NCBI GenBank assembly: GCA_963726255.1
Contig: CAVSBL010000002.1
Location: forward strand, 1,600,001-1,664,000
From: Candidatus Bathyarchaeota archaeon
Lineage (GTDB): Archaea > Thermoproteota > Bathyarchaeia > 40CM-2-53-6
Direction of reading: 5' to 3'
DNA: 64,000 nt
Translations under genes and position numbers: made by a program
Shown here: piece after piece, positions 50,660 to 59,721 of the stretch
Layout: the number at the start of each line of letters is the position of its first letter
How positions within the stretch are numbered: the first letter of the stretch is position 1
The notes under the pieces: model-generated
Told to the model about the DNA's origin: nothing
The model's database searches: none
What the model saw: only the letters and a program-made list of their open reading frames with translations

Positions 50660-50704
50660 CGCCCTTCAGAGAGAAGGATTATTGAAAAACCGCTAATTGG
50701 AAAT

Positions 50705-51373
50705 CTACGTCGTAGGCGGTTTAGCCGCACTCTGAAGAACCCTGAGAGCACCAGTCTTTCTGTTCAGGGAGAGCTGTTTCTCACCCCTAAAACTGCCAAC
50801 CCTCGCATCTTGGACTTCGACCAAATCTCCCTCCGAAATTGTAGGAATCTGGTTGTTCCATACGGCAATGGGAATTTCCCCAGTGCCGTCAGAGAGTGTG
50901 ACAGAGCACACTAGGAGTGGGTTTCCGTCTTTTGAGGTCACGGCTCTAACCTCCGATTTCTTGACAACTTGAGCTTTGAAGGAAACTCCTCGTGTTCCGA
51001 ATTTTAGGCCACTGATTTGCCTCTCCCCCCAGAGTTGAGCCGCTGTGATTCATCGTGGTTTTCCTGATCAAAGCTGGATAGTTCCTCAGGCAGCCGTTTC
51101 AGTTTGCTGATTGAGTCATTTGGAATCTTTGCTTGCGCTAGTGGCTTGCCATCAACGGAGAACATGTATGTTGAAGATGCTTCCTCCCGGTTTCGCAGCT
51201 CGATGTAGAACTTTCCACACCGGGCTTTTCCGCGTTCGCGTGCGGAGACCATGGCTGAGTACAGGACGGGCGTTGTGAGGTTGTGCTTCCTTGCGAGTTG
51301 TAGTAAGTAGACTAGGTCCCTATCTAGCCCTCGCGTTTTTGGCAGGTTCCTTAGCTCGATTATGAGTGTTCAA
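50705..51373 (-). CDS. OB-fold ssDNA-binding (SSB/RPA-like) protein with an N-terminal extension, broken by frameshift(s)
   Basis: OB domain ISGLKFGTRGVSFKAQV...LSDGTGEIPIAVWN continues from ORF 51004-51252 if one G is added to the G6 run (51025-51030); 5' end uncertain. Confidence 0.7.
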
Positions 51374-51474
51374 CTCCTCACCAGTATGGCGGCATAGGTT
51401 ATAAAGCGCCCGAAAAATAAGTCCAAATTGGACGTGCTCCTGGCTCGTTCTAGGGCATATATTTCCTGCCGGGT

Positions 51475-51858
51475 TCACTTTGTGAAGTCCCGTTTGTCGA
51501 CATTGACATTTATGCTCTTCAGGTAGGTAGGCGCATTCGCCCCTGTTCCGGCAAGGGTGAATTGACCGTCCACGTAGAATTTGAAGTGAGCATCCTTGTT
51601 TTCGCATAAGTAAGACATTGATATTTCGCCTGGCCGACCACGGTTACTGCTTTCATGCCGGATGGTTATGTTTTTGTCCCGTTCGGCAAACCAGGATTCA
51701 ATCTCTTTACGCATGGTCGGTTCGATTGAATCGAATGGCATTCCTTTGTGTTCCTTTTCGAATTTATCGGTAAGGGCCTTTCTGCACTCTTTGCTCAGCG
51801 TGGCCATATAGACGAAAGTCTTCTCAACGAGTTGCCGTCCGGATGGAGAGTCAGTCAT
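51475..51858 (-). CDS. hypothetical protein
   Basis: GAGGT SD then ATG; 127 aa with protein-like composition. Confidence 0.75.
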   Translation of the reverse strand: MTDSPSGRQLVEKTFVYMATLSKECRKALTDKFEKEHKGMPFDSIEPTMRKEIESWFAERDKNITIRHESSNRGRPGEISMSYLCENKDAHFKFYVDGQFTLAGTGANAPTYLKSINVNVDKRDFTK

Positions 51859-51872
51859 ATCGCAATACCTCT

Positions 51873-52280
51873 CTAGCGTGGCTTTCTCTTCTGGAAGTAT
51901 CGCCTTAAGGGATCCCAGTACGCGTCAACCCAGCCTTGCCGGTAGTTTCTGGCTTGGCTGGCTGGTACGTTTGATTGCACCATCGTCAACTGCGTGCCAC
52001 CCTTCTTCTGCTTGAACGATAGATTGAGGATTGAAGGTGAATAGCCTTTTGGCCATTCAGTGGTCTTCCAGAGTTGAATTATTAGTCTCCCCTTCTGCAA
52101 TTCGAGATTCTGTCCACTGATGTACCCGTCCCATGCACTGAATTTTCCGCCAACCTTGGGGTTGGATGTTGCCTTGGAACCAGTAAACGCTGCATGCATC
52201 TTCGCGTCCATGAACGCGTTATAGACTTCAGCTGGCTTGGCAGGTATGAATTTCGTCTGCTTTATCGTGGTGACTTTCAT
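51873..52280 (-). CDS. SRPBCC/AHSA1-like domain protein
   Basis: PAEVYNAFMD, VGGKFSAWDGYISG and GWVDAYW motifs; ATG 52280. Confidence 0.88.
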   Translation of the reverse strand: MKVTTIKQTKFIPAKPAEVYNAFMDAKMHAAFTGSKATSNPKVGGKFSAWDGYISGQNLELQKGRLIIQLWKTTEWPKGYSPSILNLSFKQKKGGTQLTMVQSNVPASQARNYRQGWVDAYWDPLRRYFQKRKPR

Positions 52281-52643
52281 GAGTGGTTCAATTCTGATTA
52301 GTTGAGAGAATTCATTAAAGCATTCGGAGAACGCATGCATAGTCGAACTGGTACATAGTTGAGACGGTCGATCGCTACCTGATCGCTGCATCCTCTTCGG
52401 CAGGAGCTGCATCACTCACTTTGGGTTTGGTTGTTGGAAAATTCGCCGCAGAACACGGTAGCGCCAATGGCTACGCGACCGCCGTCATCCTTTCCGTGAT
52501 CGGCGTCGTCCTCTTGCCCACGATCATAGTGAGGAAGCTGCTTGTGGATTACTGGTAGCAATTTAGTGCCAGCTCGACAGATGTTAGGCTTGAGTGGTCC
52601 GAACGAGTAATTGTAGGCGGAGACTTGCCTAGGACTCTGGGTT

Positions 52644-52835
52644 GCGTGCACGCTTGGAGGTACCCCCCAGGGGGGTGACTCAGTTTTCTGAGTCAGACGG
52701 GGCTGATTTTGCGGTTTTCTGGTTGTGTCTGCAAGTGTAGTGGTACCAAATGGTCCCACCCTTCATCGGGTGGTCCCACCCCTGATGGGGGGGTGGTTTA
52801 ATTTTGTGTGGAAAACAGGTTACTTTAACGCGTTC
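52644..52835. repeat. cluster of perfect palindromes/hairpins and an 11-bp direct repeat with 20-bp period
   Basis: GCGTGCACGC, ACCCCCCAGGGGGGT, TGACTCAG-TTTT-CTGAGTCA, CCACCC-n6-GGGTGG, CCACCCC-n7-GGGGTGG; TGGTCCCACCC occurs twice. Confidence 0.75.
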
Positions 52836-53040
52836 GTGATTAGGCGGTTACTACTCGGATGATTGGCCGGGCGAGTGATTACGCGGTTCAACAATCAATA
52901 GTACAGATTCAAGGGTTTGCATGTTGCATGCAAGCACTGGGTCAAGGGGGAGGCATATTCTGCATGCTGACTGACATGCCTCTGCCTCATCTTGATTACG
53001 CTTAAGTTGTGGACGCGTAACACACGCTGTTCGGCGTCGC

Positions 53041-53235
53041 ATGATGTGTCAATGTGGATGTGTTGGATACGCGCAATGTCCCCACCCGTATTACTTTTGG
53101 CAATTCTCCGGACCCGCTGCCGCCTACCCTGGCAACGCATACAACTTTCCCTACTACGCCTTCTCACCAAGAACCGGCTACGGAATCTTGCCATCGGGAA
53201 TTTACCCATTCGCTGTAGCAGTTCTGCCGTTCTAG
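53041..53235 (+). CDS. small Cys/Tyr/Pro-rich peptide
   Basis: 64 aa with 9 Tyr, 6 Phe, 9 Pro, 4 Cys and no Asp/Glu/Lys; no clear SD. Confidence 0.45.
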   Translation: MMCQCGCVGYAQCPHPYYFWQFSGPAAAYPGNAYNFPYYAFSPRTGYGILPSGIYPFAVAVLPF

Positions 53236-53269
53236 CCTCGCGGAATTTGGCCGCTCGGCCTTTCCTTCT

Positions 53270-54385
53270 TTACTTCATAATCGTGACGATATCACGATCA
53301 TGAACGATATGATCCATTCCGACGCGTTGTGGGCTGAACCTGACACTAGTTCCTGAAACCAGAGCATACTTTGCTTCGCCGAGTTTCTTGTGGATTTTTT
53401 CGCAGACGTCGGAAACGGTTGAACCAGCCGTCACTATGAGCGGTTCCGCGAAATCAGGAGAACCGTTCCGCGGTTTCAAGTAGACTTTGATTAACCTCAA
53501 CTGGTCATAGATAGCTTTCTTCAGCTCATCTAGGTTCACGTTTCGGTCGGCGGAAATAGGGATGAGATCGTCACCTATCCGCTTCTTGGCCTCAGTCACG
53601 TACTTTGAGCTGACCAAGTCGATTTTGTTCAAAACGCTAACTGAAGGAACATAACGGCGATTTCCTGCCACTACGTCAATGAGTTCGTCGTCGGTGACGT
53701 CTTCTCTGATAATGATGTTACCGTTGTTGATTTTGTATATGTTCAGGATTGCGCGCGCAGTTGACTCGGTTAAGTGGGTTAGGTTGCAGGCCGTTGTTAT
53801 GCCGAGTCCCCCCTGAGAGGCACGGTTGATGGTCACGTTTGGTGGCCTAGTGTTGAGCCGGATTCCCATTTCATAGAGCTCTTTCTTCAAGACGCTGATT
53901 TGATCGGGTTGGAACACGTCCAAGATTAACAGGATTAAGTCGGCGTTCTTTGCAACGGACAGGACTCTCTTGCCCCTACCCGAGCCAGTCGCTGCACCCG
54001 AAATGATCCCGGGCAAATCGAGAATTTGTATCCTAGCGCCTTGGTACTCCATTAAGCCGGGGACGACGGTCAGGGTTGTGAAGGCGTATGGGCCGACCTT
54101 GGACCTGGCGTTTGTGAGCCTGTTTAGGATGGTAGATTTTCCTACGCTTGGTAGGCCAATGAGGACGACGGTGCAATCGCCGCCTTTCTTTAGCTCGAAG
54201 CCCGCCCCGCCCTGCTTGGACCCCTGTGCATGTTCTTGTTCGGCTCTGAGTTTCGCGAGCTTCGCCTTCAGCAGACCAATATGGTGTTCAGTGTGCTTGT
54301 GAACCTGGGTTCTCTTCATCTCCTCCTCTATCGCCCGAATCTTCTCCGGCACACCCAAGTCAAAAGGCTCCAAACTCAATGGCAT
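53270..54385 (-). CDS. drg: DRG/OBG family GTPase with TGS domain
   Basis: GLPSVGKST, YAFTT, DLPG and NKID motifs; C-terminal TGS domain. Confidence 0.94.
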   Translation of the reverse strand: MPLSLEPFDLGVPEKIRAIEEEMKRTQVHKHTEHHIGLLKAKLAKLRAEQEHAQGSKQGGAGFELKKGGDCTVVLIGLPSVGKSTILNRLTNARSKVGPYAFTTLTVVPGLMEYQGARIQILDLPGIISGAATGSGRGKRVLSVAKNADLILLILDVFQPDQISVLKKELYEMGIRLNTRPPNVTINRASQGGLGITTACNLTHLTESTARAILNIYKINNGNIIIREDVTDDELIDVVAGNRRYVPSVSVLNKIDLVSSKYVTEAKKRIGDDLIPISADRNVNLDELKKAIYDQLRLIKVYLKPRNGSPDFAEPLIVTAGSTVSDVCEKIHKKLGEAKYALVSGTSVRFSPQRVGMDHIVHDRDIVTIMK

Positions 54386-54428
54386 AGCCGAATAAGCAAT
54401 AAACCGAATGGTGCAACCCTAGCCTACA

Positions 54429-55481
54429 ATGACTGAGCGGATGGTTGCCGCTAGGCTGCACAAGATCGGCGGAAAGCTTAGCATCGACCGTGTAAGAGTG
54501 CCTACGATTGGCGATGATGAAGTTCTCGTTGACGTTAGGGCAAGTGGGATCTGCCACTCTGACATTAACTACCGAAACGGAATTGCTCCCGTAGGGAAGC
54601 TCCCGATAACTCTCGGCCATGAGATTGCCGGCGTCATAGCGAGAACGGGAACGAAAGTAAAGGGACTAAGAGTCTGCGACAGAGTTCAGGTCCATTACGT
54701 TGCCAGTTGCGGTAGATGCATTTACTGCAAAACTGGGCGTGAGAATTACTGCGTACGCTACCAAATGATTGGGAAGGACATTGATGGTGGTTTCGCTGAA
54801 TACGTGAAGGTTCCGGCGAGAAGCATTCTGAAACTTCCCAGGCAGTTGCCGTTCGAGCAAGCTGCGATAATGGGTTGCGCCGTCCCAACCGCCTACCATG
54901 CCCTTAGGCGGGGAAGAGTGGCACCTGGGGATACGGTGGTAGTATTCGGGGTTGGCGGCCTTGGCTTGCACGCAGTTCAACTAGCTGGTAAGGTCTTCAA
55001 GGCTGGATTGGTTATCGCCGTAGACATTCATGATTGGAAGTTGAAACTGGCAAGAAGTTTTGGGGCGAAGCAGACGGTAAACGCCGCCAATCAAGATGCC
55101 GTAGAAACCATCAGAAAAATCACGGACGGGAGATTTGGGGATGTCGTGTTGGATTTCGTGGGACATACCAAAACAATCGAACAAGCAGTTTCGTCAGTGG
55201 GCATGGGCGGCAGAATGGTATTGATTGGCATAGGGGCGAAATCGATGCAACTCTCCCCCTACCGCACCCTGATCGGGAAGGAGATGGAGCTTGTGGGAGT
55301 TGACGACCACCTTAGAACGGAACTTGTGCAACTAATCAAGCTTGTAAGAACCGAAAAAATAGACCTCTCCAGGTCAGTAACCCACACTGTAGCGCTTGAG
55401 GATATCAACCGTGGATTTGAAATTCTCGAGGCGAACCGCGAAAACGTAATCCGAATAGTGGCAATCCCGAACGCTGTCTAA
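54429..55481 (+). CDS. zinc-binding alcohol dehydrogenase (MDR family)
   Basis: GICHSD, GHE, CGRCIYC...C and GVGGLG motifs. Confidence 0.94.
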   Translation: MTERMVAARLHKIGGKLSIDRVRVPTIGDDEVLVDVRASGICHSDINYRNGIAPVGKLPITLGHEIAGVIARTGTKVKGLRVCDRVQVHYVASCGRCIYCKTGRENYCVRYQMIGKDIDGGFAEYVKVPARSILKLPRQLPFEQAAIMGCAVPTAYHALRRGRVAPGDTVVVFGVGGLGLHAVQLAGKVFKAGLVIAVDIHDWKLKLARSFGAKQTVNAANQDAVETIRKITDGRFGDVVLDFVGHTKTIEQAVSSVGMGGRMVLIGIGAKSMQLSPYRTLIGKEMELVGVDDHLRTELVQLIKLVRTEKIDLSRSVTHTVALEDINRGFEILEANRENVIRIVAIPNAV

Positions 55482-55482
55482 T

Positions 55483-55980
55483 CTATCGCAAGTTCTTCTG
55501 AGAGCTCATTTTCTTGCATGCAAGCATAACGGCTTGCACTTGTTGTTGATACCCCGTGCATCTACAGAGGTTGCCTGAAAGATACCTTTTGATTTCTGCC
55601 TCTGTGAGGTTCGGTTTCATCTTAACTATCGCGGAAGCGGTCATTATCATTCCCGGAATGCAATACCCACACTGCGCTGCGTCGAGTTCGATGAATGATT
55701 CTTGAACTGGGTGGAGCGTTGTCTCTGTGCCTAAGCCTTCGATTGTTGTAATCTCATGCCCATCCGCTTGTGGGGCAAGAACTAGGCATGAGGTGATTGG
55801 TTTTCCGTCTAGTAGAACTGTGCATGCGCCGCACTCTCCTGTGTCGCATCCCTTCTTGACACCGGTTGTGCCCATTTCGTCGTGTAGAAAATCGCAGAGA
55901 GTGAGATTCGGCGCTATTTTCTTATGAACTTTCTTCGAGTTGACCGTACAGGTTACTTCAACCATAGTTTCAACTTTCAT
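55483..55980 (-). CDS. molybdenum hydroxylase 2Fe-2S subunit (CoxS/XdhC-like)
   Basis: GCDTGECGACTV, QCGYC and NLCRCTGY motifs. Confidence 0.95.
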   Translation of the reverse strand: MKVETMVEVTCTVNSKKVHKKIAPNLTLCDFLHDEMGTTGVKKGCDTGECGACTVLLDGKPITSCLVLAPQADGHEITTIEGLGTETTLHPVQESFIELDAAQCGYCIPGMIMTASAIVKMKPNLTEAEIKRYLSGNLCRCTGYQQQVQAVMLACKKMSSQKNLR

Positions 55981-55982
55981 TC

Positions 55983-56876
55983 TTAGTTCGCCCTCGCTAA
56001 GCTCACGGTTTTGCTGATTGTTCTCTTTGTCAAAACATAGACTAGATGCCGCCGATAATCCGCGCCAGCCCTGACATCGGAGATGGGTTTACTTTCCTTC
56101 GCCGCCAATTTCGAAACACTTTCGATCGTTTCTGGACTGATTGGGCTTCCTGTGAGTTTGGAAGAACTCTCCTTCGCCAAAATTGGGGTTGGGGCAACCG
56201 CGCCTAAGGCTATCCTGCTGTCTCCAAAGCGATCTGACCGAATTTCAGAAGCCACGGCAACCGATACGACTGAAATAACGTTCTCGTTGCGTTTAGCAGA
56301 CCGCATCCAGTAACTAGAGATACCATCATTTATCGGAATCTCAATAGAGGTAATTATTTCGTCGGGACGAATCGCGGTCTTCTTCACGCCCGTAATGAAG
56401 TCCTCAACAGGCATTTCCCTTTTCCCATGCTTGTTCCGCAGGTGGACTTTAGCGCTGAGGACTATGAGGGGTGGCGCTGTGTCTGCGGCTGGGGAACCAT
56501 TAGCGAGGTTAGCTCCTATCGTTCCCAAGTTTCGTATCTGGTACGTGCCCACCTGCGACGCGGCTTCGCTCAACGCTCTGGCGTAGCGCATTACAGTCGG
56601 GTTTGTTTCAAGCTCGGTGTACGTAGTCATCGCGCCAATTTTCAAGCTGTTCTTCGAGGTTTCTATTCCCGTAAGTTCTCTCCGTACATGATTCAGGTCA
56701 ATTATTACTTCCGGGCTGATCATGCGTTGTTTAAGTGCAATCGTAAGGTCTGTTCCACCGGCGAGCAGCCTCGCCTTTGAACCGTATTGGCTTAACGCGT
56801 CGAACAGCTCGTTCAGGCTATTTGGCCTAACATAATCGAAGGGTGCAATCGGGGCGAGGTACTGGAAGGATTTCAA
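55983..56876 (-). CDS. molybdenum hydroxylase FAD subunit (CoxM/XdhB-like)
   Basis: LAGGTDL, QIRNLGTIGAN and ISDVRAGADYR motifs. Confidence 0.95.
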   Translation of the reverse strand: MKSFQYLAPIAPFDYVRPNSLNELFDALSQYGSKARLLAGGTDLTIALKQRMISPEVIIDLNHVRRELTGIETSKNSLKIGAMTTYTELETNPTVMRYARALSEAASQVGTYQIRNLGTIGANLANGSPAADTAPPLIVLSAKVHLRNKHGKREMPVEDFITGVKKTAIRPDEIITSIEIPINDGISSYWMRSAKRNENVISVVSVAVASEIRSDRFGDSRIALGAVAPTPILAKESSSKLTGSPISPETIESVSKLAAKESKPISDVRAGADYRRHLVYVLTKRTISKTVSLARAN

Positions 56877-59168
56877 TTATCGACCATCCCTAGCGCTCAA
56901 AGCCATTCTGACTCGTTCCGGCGTGTACGGGAATTCTCTGACGGGGAATCCTAATGCGTTGTAAACAGCGTTCCCTACGGCGGCCGCAACTGGTTCGATT
57001 GGTGGCTCGCCTATTCCTTTCGCGCCGAACGGGCCGTTTTCAATGTCTGGTGCCTCGACGAGTATTGGTTTGATTGATGGAATGTCGGCAGCAGTTGGGA
57101 TGTAGTAGTCTAGGAATGAGGCGTTCATCATTTTGCCATTATCGATAATCAGTTCTTCCATGAGCGCGTATCCTAGGCCTTGAACAACGCCGCCGTAAAT
57201 CTGGCTCTTGAACTGGGTCGGGATTAATACTGTGCCTGAATCGTGGGCGGCCACGTAGTTCAGTACGTCAACTTTTCCAGTTTCAGTGTCCACTTGAACC
57301 TCCGCAACGTGAACGGCCCAAGAATAGGATTTCCAAGGCGACCCTTCGCCTTTCTCAGCGTCCCAGTTGATGCCCGTCGCGCGGTTCCACGCTTCTTCCC
57401 TTAACTCAAGGCCTCTTCGTCTACAATCACTAACCAACTGATCAAAGCTCAGCTTCTTGCCTGAGGAAGGATTCCTTATGCTATCGTCGTCCCAAACGAG
57501 GTCCTCAGGTTTGCAAGACAGGGACTCTGCTGCTACCTTCGCCATCTTGTCTTGGAGTTGTTTTGCGGCCATGTAGATCGCTTTCCCACCCATCACGGTG
57601 CTTCTCGAGGCGACCGTTGGCCCTGAGTCCAGGGCTCGACCTGTATCTGCCATTTCGACATCAATTCTAGTTCTTTTCAACCCTAGAACCCTGGCTACGA
57701 TTTTGACGAAACCAGTGTAGATTCCTTGACCGTACTCTGTCATTCCGGTTCTTACTTGGATGGTACCGTCCTCCGCGACTTGAACAATGCCGGACCCAAC
57801 GTCTACTCCGAGCGGCCCTAGGCTTGTCGGGTGAATCATACATGCCAATCCTATGCCGCGACGCATTACGCCAGTCTGGCCTGTGGAGTAGGAGGCTCTC
57901 TTCGTTTTCCAAGATGATTCTTCCGCCGCCTTCAGCAAGCATTCTTCGAGGCCGACGCTACTGCTCAGTAGTTGTCCAGTTGCTGTTATGGTTCCAACAC
58001 GCAAAATGTTCTTTTTTCTGAATTCGAATGGGTCCATGTGAAGTTGCTCTGCAGCTTCATCCATTTGGAGTTCAGCGGCGAAGAGTGCTTGAGGTTTTCC
58101 AAATCCTCTAAACGCGCCCATCGGAACCTTGTTCGTATAGGCTACGATACCGTCAACGTACACGTTGGGTACATCGTAAGCGCCTGCGACCAGGCAGACT
58201 GATTGGAACAGTACGCGAGAACTTAGGGACGCGTAAGCGCCGCCGTCAAGCACGACCTTAGCCCTAACTGCGGTGACTTTGCCATCCCTCGTCACCCCCA
58301 TCTCTCTTTCAAACCTGATGGGGTGCCGTTTTGGGTGAAAGATTGTGGATTCTTTTCTTGAGAAAGCAAGCAGCGCAGGTTTCTTGGTGAGGTAAGTGGC
58401 TAGGGCGGCTCGCACGCAAACTTCGTCTGGCGCGTCCTCCTTTCCTCCAAACGCTCCGCCGGTTGGCGCGAGGACTATCCGCACATTTGGTACGGCTTTT
58501 CCAAGAACTATCTTGACCGCTTTCTCTACTGCGAAGGGACACTGTAGTGAACCGAGGACGGTGATGCCCTCCTGTGTGGGGTAGGCTAACGCGGCTTCCG
58601 TTTCCAAGTACGCTTGTTCTTGGATTGGCGTTTGGTATGTTCCTTTGATTATGATATCGGCTTGGCGGAATCCTTCTTCGACGTTGCCTTTCTTGACAAA
58701 GTAATGGTCGAGCAGGTTGCCTTTCTCATGAAGCTTAACAGCGCCGTCTCGTAAAGCATCCTCCGGTTCAAAAACGGCCGGGAGTGATTCATAATCCACC
58801 TTCACGGCTTGCGTGCCAAGTTCTGCGGCTTCCGGTGTTTCCGCAATGACCATTGCTACAGCATCGCCGATGAATCTCACTTTCTTGTCGCAGAAGAGCG
58901 GTTGGTCTTGGATGAAGAAGCCTACTTCATTCGCGCCCGGAACATCCTTAGCAGTTACGACTTTGACAACGCCGGGTACCTTTTCGGCGGCCGATACGTC
59001 CATTCCCTTAATTGTGGCATGAGCATGGGGCGATCGAACTATCCTCAGGTATAGCACTTCTTGGTCGATCATGTCTGTGGTGTATCTGGTCTTTCCGAGA
59101 ACTTTCTCTAATGCGTCAACACGCGAAAGCTCTTTCTTCGACTGCTCTACGGGTGCAAGCGTCTGCAT
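56877..59168 (-). CDS. xanthine-dehydrogenase-family molybdopterin-binding subunit
   Basis: GGAFGGK, GAFRGFG, EYGQG, TVASR and AKGIGE motifs; ATG 59168 preferred as start. Confidence 0.95.
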   Translation of the reverse strand: MQTLAPVEQSKKELSRVDALEKVLGKTRYTTDMIDQEVLYLRIVRSPHAHATIKGMDVSAAEKVPGVVKVVTAKDVPGANEVGFFIQDQPLFCDKKVRFIGDAVAMVIAETPEAAELGTQAVKVDYESLPAVFEPEDALRDGAVKLHEKGNLLDHYFVKKGNVEEGFRQADIIIKGTYQTPIQEQAYLETEAALAYPTQEGITVLGSLQCPFAVEKAVKIVLGKAVPNVRIVLAPTGGAFGGKEDAPDEVCVRAALATYLTKKPALLAFSRKESTIFHPKRHPIRFEREMGVTRDGKVTAVRAKVVLDGGAYASLSSRVLFQSVCLVAGAYDVPNVYVDGIVAYTNKVPMGAFRGFGKPQALFAAELQMDEAAEQLHMDPFEFRKKNILRVGTITATGQLLSSSVGLEECLLKAAEESSWKTKRASYSTGQTGVMRRGIGLACMIHPTSLGPLGVDVGSGIVQVAEDGTIQVRTGMTEYGQGIYTGFVKIVARVLGLKRTRIDVEMADTGRALDSGPTVASRSTVMGGKAIYMAAKQLQDKMAKVAAESLSCKPEDLVWDDDSIRNPSSGKKLSFDQLVSDCRRRGLELREEAWNRATGINWDAEKGEGSPWKSYSWAVHVAEVQVDTETGKVDVLNYVAAHDSGTVLIPTQFKSQIYGGVVQGLGYALMEELIIDNGKMMNASFLDYYIPTAADIPSIKPILVEAPDIENGPFGAKGIGEPPIEPVAAAVGNAVYNALGFPVREFPYTPERVRMALSARDGR

Positions 59169-59230
59169 GAACTCACCGAAATGGTGACGCACTATCTGAC
59201 CGTGTTTTATTTAACGTAACCCTCGACCGA

Positions 59231-59248
59231 AACATGATGTTCGAACAT
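59231..59248. promoter_or_regulatory. palindromic operator candidate (AACATGATGTTCGAACAT)
   Basis: Two overlapping palindromes upstream of the TATA-like TTAAATAAAA (59205-59214, minus strand). Confidence 0.5.
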
Positions 59249-59429
59249 AGTGCGCCCAAACGTCTACCCTAGTCATACTCGGAAACTGGTGATAGTTCTC
59301 AATGTCATGTTGGCTCGATGGACCTCATCGATTATACACACCCTGCAGTCCATCAGGCCGTTCTGTGAATTCAACGTCACACGTTAATAACGGACAAACA
59401 TGATCCTCAAGTGAGAGCTAAGAGTTGGA

Positions 59430-59711
59430 TTGAATTCTGTCCTAGTCAATGTCAACGCGTTCGGTTTGTGGCAGATGCTTCTAGGGACGAAGAGGCGTCA
59501 GGTGAAAACGAGTGGAACTACTCTTCGGGACCTCATCGATACGTTGAACGGGCTCTCTACAGGGAAACTTGTGAAGGAGGTTCTCGTCGCTGACGGTGAC
59601 TTGGATCCTAAATTCAAGATCTTCGTGAACGGGAATGCGACCAATAGCCTATCCACGAAACTGGCTGACGGAGACGAAGTTCTGCTGTTCGGCATAATTG
59701 ATGGAGGCTGA
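59430..59711 (+). CDS. MoaD/ThiS family ubiquitin-like protein (SAMP-like)
   Basis: IFVNG...LADGDEV...; ends in DGG. Confidence 0.88.
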   Translation: MNSVLVNVNAFGLWQMLLGTKRRQVKTSGTTLRDLIDTLNGLSTGKLVKEVLVADGDLDPKFKIFVNGNATNSLSTKLADGDEVLLFGIIDGG

Positions 59712-59721
59712 CTGGGCTACC

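Noticed and set aside
52343-52558. Plus-strand frame encoding two hydrophobic helices (…LTLGLVVGKF…VILSVIGVVLLPTIIV…)
   Set aside because: No supported start; it may be a transporter remnant, but no family is recognisable.
52751-52796. CRISPR-like repeat
   Set aside because: Only two 11-bp copies with a 9-nt spacer; no cas genes in the window.
52531-52830. RNase P RNA, SRP RNA or ORB-type origin
   Set aside because: GAGGAAGCT and GTGGAAA match only partially. The conserved partner motifs, repeated ORB boxes and a cdc6 gene are not seen.
52412-53303. Track ORFs 52412-52759, 52895-53209 and 52992-53303
   Set aside because: Low-complexity or Arg-rich translations without SD or family features; they overlap better candidates.
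55483-59168. Aerobic CO dehydrogenase (coxMSL form I)
   Set aside because: The active-site loop is AFRGFG and lacks the Cu-binding Cys motif.
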